A stretch of 64,000 nt of DNA from Octopus sinensis (GCF_006345805.1 NC_043016.1:28954001-29018000), one strand, 5' to 3'. Positions 51,314 through 63,929 are shown, numbered from the stretch's first letter. Notes: generated by a model not told the origin, from the letters alone. Numbers and translations are program-made.

Positions 51314-52250
51314 ATCATCATCATCATCATCATCATCGTTTAGCGTCCGTTTTCCATGCTATCATGGGTTGGACGGTTCAACTGGGGTCTGTGAAGCCAG
51401 AAGGCTTCATCAGGCCCAGTCAAATCTGGCAGTGTTTCTACGGCTGGATGCCCTTCCTAACGCCAACCACTCCGAGAGTGTAGTGGGTGCTTTTTATGTG
51501 CCACCCGCACAGGTGCCAGACAGAGCTGGCAAACGGCCACGAACGGATGGTGCTTTTTATGTGCCACCGGCACGAGGGCCAGGCGAGGCTGGCAACGGAC
51601 ACGAAACGGGGCGGTGCTGGCAACGGTTGCGAAACGGAAGGTTCTCTTACATGCCACCGGCACTGGTAACACATCTGCAATTTCCATTGATCGATTTCAA
51701 TTCTGATCCTCACTTGCCTCAACGGGTCTTCACAAGTAGAGTTTCGACATGCCACCGGCACTGGTAACACATCTGCAATTTCCATTGATCGATTTCGATT
51801 CTGATCCTCACTTGCCTCAACAGGTCTTCACAAGTAGAGTTTTGTGTCCCAAGAAGGGAAGGTATGCATACGTAGGCCGGCTCCATCCCATGTAGAAGGC
51901 CACGGGTTATGGACTCACTTGTCCTGCCGGGTCTTCTCGCGCACAGCACACTTCCAGAGGACTCGGTCGCTAGTCATTTCCTCAGTGAGACCTAAAGTTC
52001 GAAGGTCGTGCTTCACCACCTCGTCCCAGGTTTTCCTGGGTCTGCCTCTTCCACAGGTTCCCTCAACCGCTAGGGTGTGGCACTTTTTCACACAACTATC
52101 TTCATCCATTCTCGCCACATGACCATACCAGTGCAAACGTCTCTCTTGCACACCACAACTGATGCTTCTTAGGTCCAGCTTTTCTCTCAAGGTACTTACA
52201 CTCTGCCGAGTATGAGTACTGACATTACACATCCATCGGAGCATACTGGA
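51314..52250 (-). mobile_element. 5'-truncated RTE LINE with a ~97-bp tandem duplication in the 3' UTR
   Basis: ORF 51915-52244 (RRLHWYGHVARMDEDSCVKKC..GRGRPRKTWDEVVKHDLRTLGL); duplicated block ~51650-51742 / 51747-51841. Confidence 0.9.
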
Positions 52251-52285
52251 TGTGTAATGTCAGTATATATACATGTGTATATATA

Positions 52286-52334
<49 letters not shown>

Positions 52335-52487
52335 GTATGTATGTATGTATGTGTAAATATGCATATATATCATCATCATCATTTAATGCCTGTTGTCCAT
52401 GCTGGCATGGATTGAATGGTTTGACTGGGCTGGCATGCTGGAAGGCTGCACCAGGCTACAGTCTGATTTGGCATGGTTTCGACAACA

Positions 52488-52737
52488 TTCGAAAGGAGCT
52501 CATCCACCTTGCCTATGTGAGGCCCAACACTCGAAAGGAACTCACCCACTTGCCTCCATGAGGCCTAGCACTTGAAAGGAACTCAACCACCTTGCCTCCA
52601 TGAAGCCTAACGCTCGAAAGGAACTCAGCCACTTTGCCTCCATGAGGCCCAGACCCAACGCTTGAAAGGAACTCAACCACTTGCCTCTACGAGCACCAAT
52701 ACTTAAAAGAAATGCAGCCACTATGAGACCCAACATA
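52488..52737. repeat. ~42-bp minisatellite (GAAAGGAACTCA.CCAC.TTGCCTCCATGAGGCC), 5-6 units
   Basis: Tandem units are directly visible. The minus translation FRALGLME resembles RTE LRTLGLTE, suggesting RTE origin. Confidence 0.75.
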
Positions 52738-52882
52738 TGTATATATATATATAATATATATATATATAATATATATATAAATCTAATGAATGTGTATGTA
52801 TGTGTATATGTATGAGTATATAAATGTATATGTATATATGTATACGTGTAGATGTATATGTGTGTGTGTATGTGTATATGTA

Positions 52883-52927
<45 letters not shown>

Positions 52928-53262
52928 GTATGTGTGTCTGTTTGCGTATGTATAAGGATGTGTGTATGTGGATATATATCGATGTGTGTGTGTGTGTGTG
53001 TGTATCTGTGCTTGTCTAATGACAAATGCCATGCTTGAGAAGAAGACTCATGCCAAGTGAAATCATAGTCATGGCAGATATTGGTGGCATGTAAACAGAC
53101 ACCCATGCCGGTGGCATGTAGAAGTACCTATTACACTCACGGAGTGGTTGGCATTAGGAAGGGCATCTAGCTGTAGAAACCATGCCAAAGCAGACTGGAA
53201 TCCGGTGCAGCTCCTCAAGTCACCAGCCTCGGTCAAACCAACCCATAGACAACGAACATTAA

Positions 53263-53310
<48 letters not shown>

Positions 53311-54489
53311 TATATATGCATGTAATGTGTATATGCATGTCTGTGTATGTATTTGTTTATACATATGCATGAGCATGTTTGTGTGTGTGTGTGCTTATTG
53401 CTTGTGTATGTGTGTGGATGTATGTATGTGCATATATATACATGTGTGTGTGTATGCATGTTGTGTATGTATCTATGTGTATATATATGAGTGTGTCTAT
53501 GTGCATGTGTGAATATATTTAGAATGAAAGCTATTTTTTTTTTACTCTTTTACTCTTTTTACTCTTTTACTTGTTTCAGTCATTTGACTGCGGCCATGCT
53601 GGAGCACCGTCTTTAGTCGAGCAACTCGACCCCGGGACTTATTCTTTGTAAGCCCAGTACTTATTCTATCGGTCTCTTTTTTGCCGAACCGCTAAGTAAC
53701 GGGGACGTAAACACACCAGCATTGGTTGTCAAGCAATGCTAGGGGGACAAACACAGACACACATACATATACATATATACGACAGGCTTCTTTCAGTTTC
53801 CGTCTACCAAATCCACTCACAAGGCTTTGGTCGGCCCGAGGCTATAGTAGAAGACACTTGCCCAAGGTGCCACGCAGTGGGACTGAACCCGGAACCATGC
53901 GGTTGGTAAACAAGCTACTTACCACACAGCCACTCCTGCGCTCTTTGTCTTATTTTATTCTAATGTCTCTCCCATTCAGCATCTCCAGTCCCACCCAATT
54001 TCTTAAATGTTTATAAGATAATATGTAGCTTAGAATAGCATGAGTTCGTCTATGTTTTTATGTTAGTATGTAGGTTAGAACAGTCATCACCATCGTTTAA
54101 CATCCGCTTTCCATGCTAGCATGGGTTGGACGATTTGACTGAGGACTGGCGAACCAGATGGCTGCACCGGGCTCCAGTCTTGATCTGGCAGAGTTTCTAC
54201 AGCTGGATGCCCTTCCTAACACCAACCACTCCAAGAGTGTAGTCGGTGCTTTTACATGCCACCGGCACGAGGGCCAGTCAGGCAGTACTGGCAATGGCCA
54301 CGCTCAAATGGTGCTTTTTATGTGCCAATGATTTCTTATATGTTTTTTTAATGATATTATGTGGCTTAGAGTGTATTAATATTAATAATAATAAAAGTTT
54401 AAATATTAATGAAACATTGAAACAAGTGTCCATCTTTGCTAACAGATTATGCCTGCCAACCCACCTCCATCCCCACTGTTTCAATTTAA

Positions 54490-54710
54490 CCCTTTAGCAT
54501 TTAAACCGGCCATATCCAGCCAAAAGTATTCTGCCTGTTTTATGTTCAAACTGGCCAGATCTGGTCTCTTACGCCAATCCTACAATATCGTTTTAAAATT
54601 TAACAGCTACCTCATCAAAATCTCATAGCTACAAGATAATGCATGATTAATTCAAAACAATGTGGATAAAAAAGCATTAATTTTGGCAGAATAATGTGAA
54701 CACTAAAGGG
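54490..54710. mobile_element. piggyBac-type MITE (second family)
   Basis: TTAA at 54486-54489 and 54711-54714; TIR CCCTTTAG / CTAAAGGG; degenerate copy at ~30330-30545. Confidence 0.8.
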
Positions 54711-55477
54711 TTAAACACACATGACTTTCTTTCTTACCTAACTTTACTCCTGTTCTGTGAGTAAATGTTCCCCACTTCTTGTTTCCATATACTTGTGTGC
54801 ATGCACCTGTCAGAGTACCATATGAATGTATGTATGCACTTATGTCAGTGTGGATCTATGTGCTTGTGAGTATGTATGTGTATATTTATATCTAAGTGTA
54901 TGCTTATGTGGACTGCATGTTCATATGTGTATGTGTATGTATATATGTTTATGTGGGTATAATTGAGTGTATATATGTATGGGTGTATGGTTTTATATGT
55001 GTATGTGTTTGTATATGTATGTATATATTTATATGTGTGTGTGTTTGTATATGTATGTATATATTTATATGTGTGTGTATTTGTATATGTATGTATATAT
55101 GTTTATGTGGGTATAATTGAGTGTATATATGTATGGGTGTATGGTTTTATATGTGCGTGTGTTTGTATGTATGAATATGTAAGATTCATACTGTGCTGTA
55201 TAGTGTTTGTATATGTAAACATATACAATGTCTGTATATACAAGCATATAAGATTAATACTGTGTATGTGTATAGACATAAGACTACTTTCATGCCCTTT
55301 TTACCCCTCTCTTTACTGGCCCTCAGTCTGGATGCTGTATGGGAGTAAGGAAATTGTATCTCATTGAACTGAATACATGATGTACCTGGCAAGTGTTTGC
55401 GCAGATCTTCTTTTCAGATACCGACAAAAGCTCCACAAAAACTACCTTTGCATTGACCCTCCCAAGTACACAATTTT

Positions 55478-57820
55478 AGGGCTGCAACCATCAACGTTGG
55501 CAAAATGAAAGGGAGATCTGGTGAGATTATCAAAATGATGGAGCATTGCCATGTCAATGTGTGTGGTGTGCAAAAAGTGCTAGATATCTCACAGGTAAGA
55601 AACAGAGGTTCAAATTCTTCTGGGTAGGCAAGGATGATTGAGAAAAGTGGATAGCTAAGGTAACTGAGGTAGACAGAGTATGTAATAAGTTGAGACTTAT
55701 CATAGATAGATTAACAGTTAACAAGGTGGTAAGCTGGCAGAATTGTTAGCACGCCGGGCGAAATGCTTAGCGTAATTTTGTCTGCCATTACATTCTGAGT
55801 TCAAATTCCGCTGAGGTCGACTTTGTCTTTCATCCTTTCAGGGTCGATAAATTAAGTACCAGTTATGCACTGGGGTCGATATAATCGACTTAATCCATTT
55901 GTCTGTCCTTGTTTTTTTCCCCTCTATGTTTAGCCCCTTGTGGGCAATAAAGAAATAAGATTAACAGTTACATTTATCTCTGCCTATGCTCCACAGGCTG
56001 ATGACCACAAGGACCAATTCTATGAGGTTCTTCTGTAGACTACCTCAACAAACAGAGGCTGAGGGTGACATGGTGGTGGAAGAAGGAGGTGGACAGTGCT
56101 ATAAAGCAAAGAGACAGGCCTGGAAAATGGTGGAAGCAGAGCATTATATCAGGGAGCTAGAAGGGAGGCTAGGCAACAGGAATAACAAGGTAAGAGGTTT
56201 GCAAATGTTCTGCAGTGTGAGGATCGGAGGCATGAGACGTTCAGGATTGTAAAGCAGAGAGAATAGAGATGTGGTGGGTGAGAAATGTGTGTGAATGGAT
56301 AATGGTATGCTTGTACTTAGTGACTCACAAGAAAGATGCATGGAAATATCATTATGAAAGGTTATTAAATATAGAGAATGATTGGGAGAAGGAGAATCTT
56401 TCAAATATTGAACCAATTGAAGGACCAGCCATCAAAGTTGATAGCAGTATAATAGATAAGGCAATTAAGGATATACAGGCTGGGAAATCCCCTTGGACCA
56501 TTGGGTATCACTGCTGAGGGGATTAAAATATCTGGCAGTGTGGGATACAGCTTAGGCACTCGTATAGTTAATCAGGTTATATAGGAAGGGCATCACCCCA
56601 AAGACTGATGTAGTTGTATTATAGTTAGCTACTATAAGAGTAAAGGTGAAGCCTTAGATAGAAACAATGACAGAGATATGAAAATTACAGAAAGAGTTAT
56701 AGCTCAATTAATTAGCAATAGAATTAAACTAGTTGAGATGCAGTTTGGTTTTGTTCTTGGGAGAAGTACCACAGATGCCATCTTCCTAGTGAGACAGTTC
56801 TAAGAAAAGTATTTGGTCAAAAATAAACCAATGTACTTAGCTTTTGTTGACATGGAGAAAGATTTCAACAGGGTTCCCCACTTACTTATGTGGTGGTCTC
56901 TAAGGAAACTAGGAGTAGAGGAGTGGCTTGTTAGAGATTTACAACCCATGTACAGCAGTACTGTCAGTAAGGTGAGAGTTGGCCTTGAATACAGTGATGG
57001 CTATAGCATACAAGTTGGAGTTCACCAAGGATCAGTTCTTAGTCCACTCTTATTCACCATAGTTCTCCAGGCCATAACTGAGGAATTCAAAACTGGATGC
57101 TCATGGGCACTGCTATATGCTGATGACCTTGCTCTTATTGCAGAATCTGAAGCAGGTATGGAAGCAAAACCTAAAGTTGTTGTTAGCAAGAAAGCAGATA
57201 AGATTCTCTTACCATCAGGTAAATGTACCTGCTCAATATGTAGGAAAGGAGTGGGAAGTAATTCCCTTTGCTACACCCAATGTAAGCTATGGGTGCATAA
57301 GAGATGCAGTGGAATTGCAGGTAGGGTAACAGATAAGGTCACTTTCATGTGTGGAAGATGCACAGGAACAATAAGCACTAAGAGCACGAGGGGCTTAGAC
57401 TCTCTCAAATGCCCAGGAGGTTCTTTTGGGGTAGTTGATAGTTTCTGCTACTTAGATGATCAAATTACTAACGGTGGTGAATGCTCTGAAAGTATTGTTT
57501 CAAGAATAAGAATAGGATGGAGGATGTTCAGAGAGCTGCTACCTCTGTTGGCAATAAAATGACTCTCTCTCAGAGTGAAAGGTAGATTATATGATGCTTC
57601 TGTATGAACGGCTATACTACATGATAGTGAGACAAGGGCTCTGAATGTGGAGGACATGCATAGACTAGAGGGGAATGACGGTAGTATGCTCTGTTGGATT
57701 TGTAACATTAGTGTGCATGATAAACAAAGTGCAACTGTTGAGAGGAGGTCAGTGCTTGGTGCTTGATTCTGTCGAAGGAGGTGAAAATTGTGTGAGTGGG
57801 TGGGTGTGGTTATGTATTTC
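55478..57820 (+). mobile_element. Decayed RTE LINE (APE + RT) with nested SINE2, truncated by the assembly gap
   Basis: ORF 56813-57562: YLAFVDMEKDFNRVP...VGVHQGSVLSPLLF...LLYADDL. APE start RAATINVG at ~55478. SINE at 55723-55957 with TSD AGATTAACAGTTA (55708-55720 / 55958-55970). Confidence 0.9.
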
Positions 57821-57920
57821 NNNNNNNNNNNNNNNNNNNNNNNNNNNNNNNNNNNNNNNNNNNNNNNNNNNNNNNNNNNNNNNNNNNNNNNNNNNNNNNN
57901 NNNNNNNNNNNNNNNNNNNN
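57821..57920. other. Assembly gap (100 N)
   Basis: Run of N. Confidence 1.
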
Positions 57921-58424
57921 CCCAGCATCGGTTGTCAGACGATGTTGGGGGACACACAGACACACAAACATATACACACACATACATATATATGTATACA
58001 TATATACGACGGGCTTCTTTCAGTTTCCGTCTACCAAATCCACTCACAGGCCTTTGGTCGGCGGCCCGAAGCTATAGTAGAAGACAGTTGCCCAAGGTGC
58101 CACGCAGTGGGACTGAACCCGGAACCATTTGGTTTGGTTAGCAAGCTACTTACCACACAGCCACTCCTGCGCCTGTGTGGTATATACATACATACATAAA
58201 GTTTATTCTATCAAGTCTGACCAACTCTAAACCACCACTGCCACCACTAACTACAATACATCTAGAAATTTTTGAAGTGACTATGAATATATTATGATTA
58301 GTCATAATTATCAAGAAAATTTCTTCATCCATCCTGCAGCGTGTGTGTCATTATGTAGTCGTTGGTTATGGCCAGTCAGAAAGTTACCATTGGTTTCACA
58401 TTTATTATTGCTCTTAGCAATATA

Positions 58425-58657
58425 TGTTTCTTTATTACCCACAAGGGGCTAAACATAGAGGGGACAAACAAGGACAGACAAACGGATTAAGGCGATTACA
58501 TCGACCCCAGTTCTCAACTGGTACTTAATTTATCGACCCCGAAAGGATGAAAGGCAAAGTCGACCTCGGCGGAATTTGAACACAGAAGGTAACGACAGAC
58601 GAAATACGGATACTCATTTCGCCCGGCGTGCTAACGTTTCTGCCAGCTCGCCGCCTA
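58425..58657 (-). mobile_element. Young SINE family 2 copy with 19-bp TSD
   Basis: TATTGCTCTTAGCAATATA at 58406-58424 and 58658-58676. Confidence 0.92.
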
Positions 58658-60761
58658 TATTGCTCTTAGCAATATAGGTGACCGGTCAGACCTGCTGGTT
58701 GGTGTCAATTACCTCTTTACTAATGGAGGTAAGAATACAGTCTTGGTCTACAAGGTTGTGAAAAAAGACCCTGAAACGAAATTCTTTGAAATAAAAAGCC
58801 CTTTTAGGTGAGATAAAGTTACCTTTGACAAATTCTAGTTATATCTGAAAAGGGTCATTCACTTGTCAGCAAACTTGTATCCATTCACTTGTCAGCAAAC
58901 TAGGAATTTCATGTCATCAATATGAATTTTCTCTCATGAGTTACCACTGAAACATCTCACTTATGAAATTTAAGAAGGCTCCCAAACCAAACAAATTTTT
59001 TTAGGATCCTGGCTCTTGGTCAAGAAAAATAAACTGAACAGTTCAGTCTTGGAGATGTTCATAACAGGAACGTCATTCATCATAACGTTGATAGATTGAC
59101 CTGGCCTGTGTCTAAACATCAACAACAACAATTACAATCAAGATATTTTTCTTTATCCTATCTTATTTTCTGACAAATCTTTTCATTGAATATTCCTATC
59201 AGAAATTGTTTTATAAAACAATTGTTAATTTAATCATAATCATAAATGAAAATAAGGTTTATAACTAAAAACAATAAACAGTTTTGAGTTATATCAAATA
59301 GTTTATTAATTAAATGTGATTAAATTGAGTTGTGGCACAAACTAAAGCAGATTAAATATAAAACAATATATCTGGAAAAACCTTATGTTACCTTATTTCA
59401 ATTAAAATACATGATTTTTGTTTCAATGAATTTTGAAAATGAAGAATTTAATAAAATGTACCTGTCATTATAAAGTTAGTGTTTGGAACATAGATTAACA
59501 TGAAATTTTAATGCAAGGTTGCAATTTAGATCACTTTAAAAAAGGAAATTTGCATCATGGAACCAGGGAAGGTTTCAGATGGTTTCTCTATATGCTTAAA
59601 ATAGCAGTCAAGTTGTTCTCTCAGAATTATCCTAAAGAACGAAAGGTGTATTGGATAGAAGGGCTGAGTTTTGGAATTGCTATCCTTCAAAGTTCCACAC
59701 CTCATGGGGAAAAAAAGAGTAATTTTATTTATCTATTGTTTGTTTCAGTCATTAGAACAGGGCCATGTTTAGGCACCAACTTGATGAGCTGAGTCAAAAT
59801 CAACCTCAAAACTGATTCTATTGCCCTCTTTTTGCTGAACCCCTAAGCGGTGGTGGAAGACACATACACACGCACGCACACACACACAAACACACACACA
59901 CACACACACACACACGAAAAGAGCTGACAAAAGAATCTGCGATTATTTTACAGCTTATATACGACGGGCTTATTTCAGTTTCCGTCAACCACAAACCCAC
60001 TCACAAGGTTTTGGTCAGGCCGAGGCTATAGCAGAAGAGACTTGCCCAAGGTGCCATGCAGAGGGATAGGGTTAGGGTTAGGGTTATCGTGTTAAGATTC
60101 TGAAAAAAAAAAATCCCAAAAATGTAACATTTTTACATTTTGGTCCCTTTTCCATACCCTTTTCTTTCCCATAATGTATAGAACTTCGGAAGGTAACTAT
60201 TCCAAAAGCCCGTTGGACAATGTAACCTACAGTGCTTGAAATTGGATGGTCACAGCTGGAATGCAATTGATTTAATTATAGATCTGCTTAATTAGGGCTG
60301 ACCTAGGGTTAAATAACATCAATAAGAAGAAAAGATACATTAAATAATGTAGTCTAGAAATATTGTCTTAAAACTAAAAAAACGTATGGTCACGACGGGA
60401 ACGATTTTGATCATACATCTGTTGGATTAGGTCTGAACAAGGGCCTAAACAGCAGAACAACTATTGTGGGGCCTACATAGTCACTAGATTTGTTAGAAAT
60501 ATCAACCTAGATAATGACATGACTGAGAGCCTTTAAAATGTTGATAGCTATGGGCGTATTACAGCGAGCCAAGAGTTACGACTACAATACCAACAGTAAA
60601 ATAATAAAAAAAGATCTAACATTTCGAAAAGAAAAGTGTAATGTATTTTCGTGATTGTTAGTTTTATTTAAAGATGGGAATAATATACACAATATATAAA
60701 CATACATGTATATATACTTACACAACCGCAATAACATACACATACATATAGATACATGCCT

Positions 60762-60824
<63 letters not shown>

Positions 60825-60848
60825 TTATTTATTTTATCGCAATTTGAT

Positions 60849-60889
<41 letters not shown>

Positions 60890-60960
60890 GGAGTAAACAC
60901 ATAAATGTGAAACAAGGTGGAAAAAAGAGTACTCAAATACCAGTGTTAGAGTAATATGCT

Positions 60961-61113
60961 TTATTTAAGCAGCAGAAAATTCAACAAAATCTGTTACTCT
61001 GAGTTTCTCGTTGCCGTTCATCAACAAGTTTTTTCTAGCAAAAACTGTCTGATGAACGGCAACGAGAAACTCAGAGTAACAGATTTTGTTGAATTTTCTG
61101 CTGCTTTAAATAA
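60961..61113. repeat. Fold-back palindrome (~73-bp arms) of a PLE-type terminus containing HHR motifs
   Basis: Arms 60961-61034 / 61041-61113. Plus arm: CTGT-CTGATGA-A-CG-GCAA-CG-A-GAAA-CTCAGAG-TA-ACAG (61045-61082). The minus arm core is TTGATGA. Confidence 0.8.
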
Positions 61114-61176
<63 letters not shown>

Positions 61177-61186
61177 ACACAACATA

Positions 61187-61715
61187 GGCATAACTACAGA
61201 TTCCTGCTCCACACCCGACTTTAGATGATCATTGTGCGTTTGTGCATCCGTAAATTTCTACTGACGCAGTAGGCAATGAAGCTGTCACCAGAAAACTCGT
61301 CACCCCGGGAAACTAGTTATGCTAAAAATACCAGCTAAAGGTCTAAACGTTTCTAACAGAAAGACATTGAATAGAATAATTCCCTGTTTGAACTTTTTTA
61401 ATTGCATGTATATATATATATATATACATATGTGTGTGTAAGGGTGAGCGAGAGGACTAGAAATCTACGGATGCATAAACGCATAAAACGGAGAAAATGA
61501 AACAAATATGGACCACTTGTTCCGAAACACCCCCGAGTGGGGAACGGTCCTCAAAAGTAATCCCCAATTGTCCCCTCCTCACACACACACAATTCCTATA
61601 TTCTCGGAGACCACATAGTCAGAGGTATATTTGTAGAACATTTCATTAAAAAATATCCGTTTTTCTGAAAGTTATGATCAGCCAAAATCGGGGAGGCAGG
61701 AATCTGTAGTTATGC
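61187..61715. mobile_element. Tc1/mariner-type MITE
   Basis: Perfect 21-bp TIR GGCATAACTACAGATTCCTGC, TA on both sides, plus an internal inverted repeat (~61237-61260 / 61460-61485). Confidence 0.88.
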
Positions 61716-61997
61716 CTATATATATATATATATATATATATATAACCAAGTAAACAGTTTCAAAAGCCGAGATAAATCGTTTTGTTTTTTATCCAAACAG
61801 ATTTTAACAAATGCAAACAAACAAAAAAGAAAAACAAAACAGTATTTTATAAGGAAACACTTTACATTAATTGATATAGTTACTTAAAAGGTATTTATTG
61901 TCGAATATTTGACTTACAGTTGAGAAAATTTAAGAAAAAGTTATTTTTTACTTTTTGCTCTCTGGAATACTGGTTCCAATCTGTTCTGTTGTTTTAA

Positions 61998-63929
61998 TTA
62001 CCACGTATATGCAGATATGCGAAAAGCCTCAAAAAATTCATTAATGTCAATGTTACCATCTTTATCAAAGTCCATAGTTTTCCCTATTTTAGCAATATCA
62101 CCTTCTTTAAATATATGGCTGGTACATCTTTGAAGAATCATCATGCCATCCTTAAATTCTTGCATCGTAATTGCTCCAGAATTATCAACATCAAATGTTC
62201 GAAATATAGTCTCCAAGATCTCTCTGTTAGCATACACAATGTCTGCGACTGGGTGTTTGGATGCCCTAGACAAATCCAATATCTTAAAAGTGTTTTCGTA
62301 ATGCACCATGTTGTCGCTATCGACATCACAGATTCTGTTAATGATTAAACGCCATGGCACTTTCAGCTTCAGCACTGCACCCAAACATGTGCTGAAGTCT
62401 TTGGCACTTACGGTTCCAGTTCCATCCTTATCGTATTGACTAAGTGCCTCTTTGAGCTCTGGAAGTTTCAAACTAATCATTTGCTTTATTTTACTGAATG
62501 CGGAAATTTCCAACGAAATTATCTGATCTTTTATGTTCAAATTATTTAACGCATCTTCATTGCTGACAAACGGGATGATACTCAAATTTTTTTCGTCACC
62601 ACGGTATATTACAAAAGCACCTTTATTGCTTCCTCGTTCGTAATAGTTGGATGCAGAGAAAATGGTTAACACTTGGTTGTCGTGTGTGTACTCGTAGCCA
62701 TTCACTTTACATTCGTGAGATCTTATTAGAAGTACAAGATTGTTCTCCTCTAAGAAATTACTTGTAATATCAGGTCCAAAATATTTCCCACTTCCCCTAA
62801 ATTCATTTTCAGTGCAACCCTTTTGGTTTGACGGATCACTCCAGAGAAGATCGAGCAAGTATCCCCAGCTACATTTCTCATTTACCTCAAAAAATGAACC
62901 TGGTTTTATGACTGAAACAAATTTCGTTCTTGGAATTTGATTGATTTTCTTTAAATCTAACTCATCCGATATTCCTCCATGTACAACCAATATTTTATTA
63001 TCGATGATCGAACCCAATGGTAGATATTTAAATAGTATATTGAACATCTTGAGGAGTCTTTTTGCGTAAGTTCTAAATCTTAGAGTAATTTCTTTTATGA
63101 AACCATATCTCCTGTTTAAAATAGGATCTTCGTGGTTTCCTCTGTTCAAGAATACATGATTAGGAAACACCAAAATACAGTAAAATATAATCATGCACAC
63201 TTCAACACACTTGGGTCCTCTATCGACGATGTCTCCATTAAAAACATAAGGGTTTGTTGTAGAAGGAAGGTTATTTTTGTGAAATATGGTAAGTAGATCA
63301 TCCAAACTTCCATGTAAGTCTCCAATAATAGTCACCTTCTTGTTAACAGAAGTTGTTGTTATACGATACAAATTATTTCGAGATTTCAGTTTTAAAATCG
63401 TGTCCCTCAGTATTTGTGAAACATATGCAGCATGGATTATTTTGCCACATCTGAAATCATTGACCAGAATCTGCAATTTATTAGATGAATAAGGTAGTGT
63501 GATCACGATGCCAACATAATCGTTTGGAATAATTTGTGGAATTTCAAGATCTTTTATAGAAGTGTCTACATCGATGACTGAAGGACGTCCGGCGGCCTTG
63601 TTGATCAACCTTTGTTGAATAAAATCCACTTTTGCTGTGTCTTGGAATTCTTCGATCAAAACTTTAAACATTTTACTCAACTTTAATTGATGGTGTTCAC
63701 CGAAATATTCAATTTCTTGAAATACATTCCAGGCTATTTCTCTTCTGACTCTCAACTTACTCGACCAAACACGGAACCATTTCTGAATCAACAGCGCTGC
63801 TTTCACATCTGTTAGTTTCAGTAGCTCCGAATCCAATTCTTTCCGTTCCGGCTTAGTCCCACGTTTCAATTTGAAATGAGAGACGGCTGTCACCTTTCCT
63901 TCTATTAGTTTGGTACAGCAGCTGCCCAT
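61998..63929 (-). CDS. PPEF: Ser/Thr protein phosphatase with EF-hands (PPEF/rdgC, PPP7 family), single uninterrupted 643-aa ORF
   Basis: N-terminal MGSCC (acylation-type motif) and IQ motif AALLIQKWFR. PPP motifs GDLHG, GDIVDRG, RGNHE, HGG, LLWSDP, RSHE and FSASNYY are all intact. C-terminal EF-hand loops DKDGTGTVS, DVDNSGAITMQEF and DFDKDGNIDINEF. In-frame TGA shortly upstream of the ATG; AATAAA on the minus strand at 61894-61899. Confidence 0.95.
   Translation of the reverse strand: MGSCCTKLIEGKVTAVSHFKLKRGTKPERKELDSELLKLTDVKAALLIQKWFRVWSSKLRVRREIAWNVFQEIEYFGEHHQLKLSKMFKVLIEEFQDTAKVDFIQQRLINKAAGRPSVIDVDTSIKDLEIPQIIPNDYVGIVITLPYSSNKLQILVNDFRCGKIIHAAYVSQILRDTILKLKSRNNLYRITTTSVNKKVTIIGDLHGSLDDLLTIFHKNNLPSTTNPYVFNGDIVDRGPKCVEVCMIIFYCILVFPNHVFLNRGNHEDPILNRRYGFIKEITLRFRTYAKRLLKMFNILFKYLPLGSIIDNKILVVHGGISDELDLKKINQIPRTKFVSVIKPGSFFEVNEKCSWGYLLDLLWSDPSNQKGCTENEFRGSGKYFGPDITSNFLEENNLVLLIRSHECKVNGYEYTHDNQVLTIFSASNYYERGSNKGAFVIYRGDEKNLSIIPFVSNEDALNNLNIKDQIISLEISAFSKIKQMISLKLPELKEALSQYDKDGTGTVSAKDFSTCLGAVLKLKVPWRLIINRICDVDSDNMVHYENTFKILDLSRASKHPVADIVYANREILETIFRTFDVDNSGAITMQEFKDGMMILQRCTSHIFKEGDIAKIGKTMDFDKDGNIDINEFFEAFRISAYTW

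Noticed and set aside
52488-52737. Regularly spaced ~42-bp repeats with ATGAG...GAAA resembling a CRISPR array or HHR tandem
   Set aside because: No unique spacers, eukaryotic context, no CUGANGA core, and the units derive from the RTE C-terminal coding segment.
60067-60086. (TTAGGG)3 at the break of a truncated SINE
   Set aside because: Too short to call an interstitial telomere; similar short motifs occur inside repeats (e.g. ~43015).
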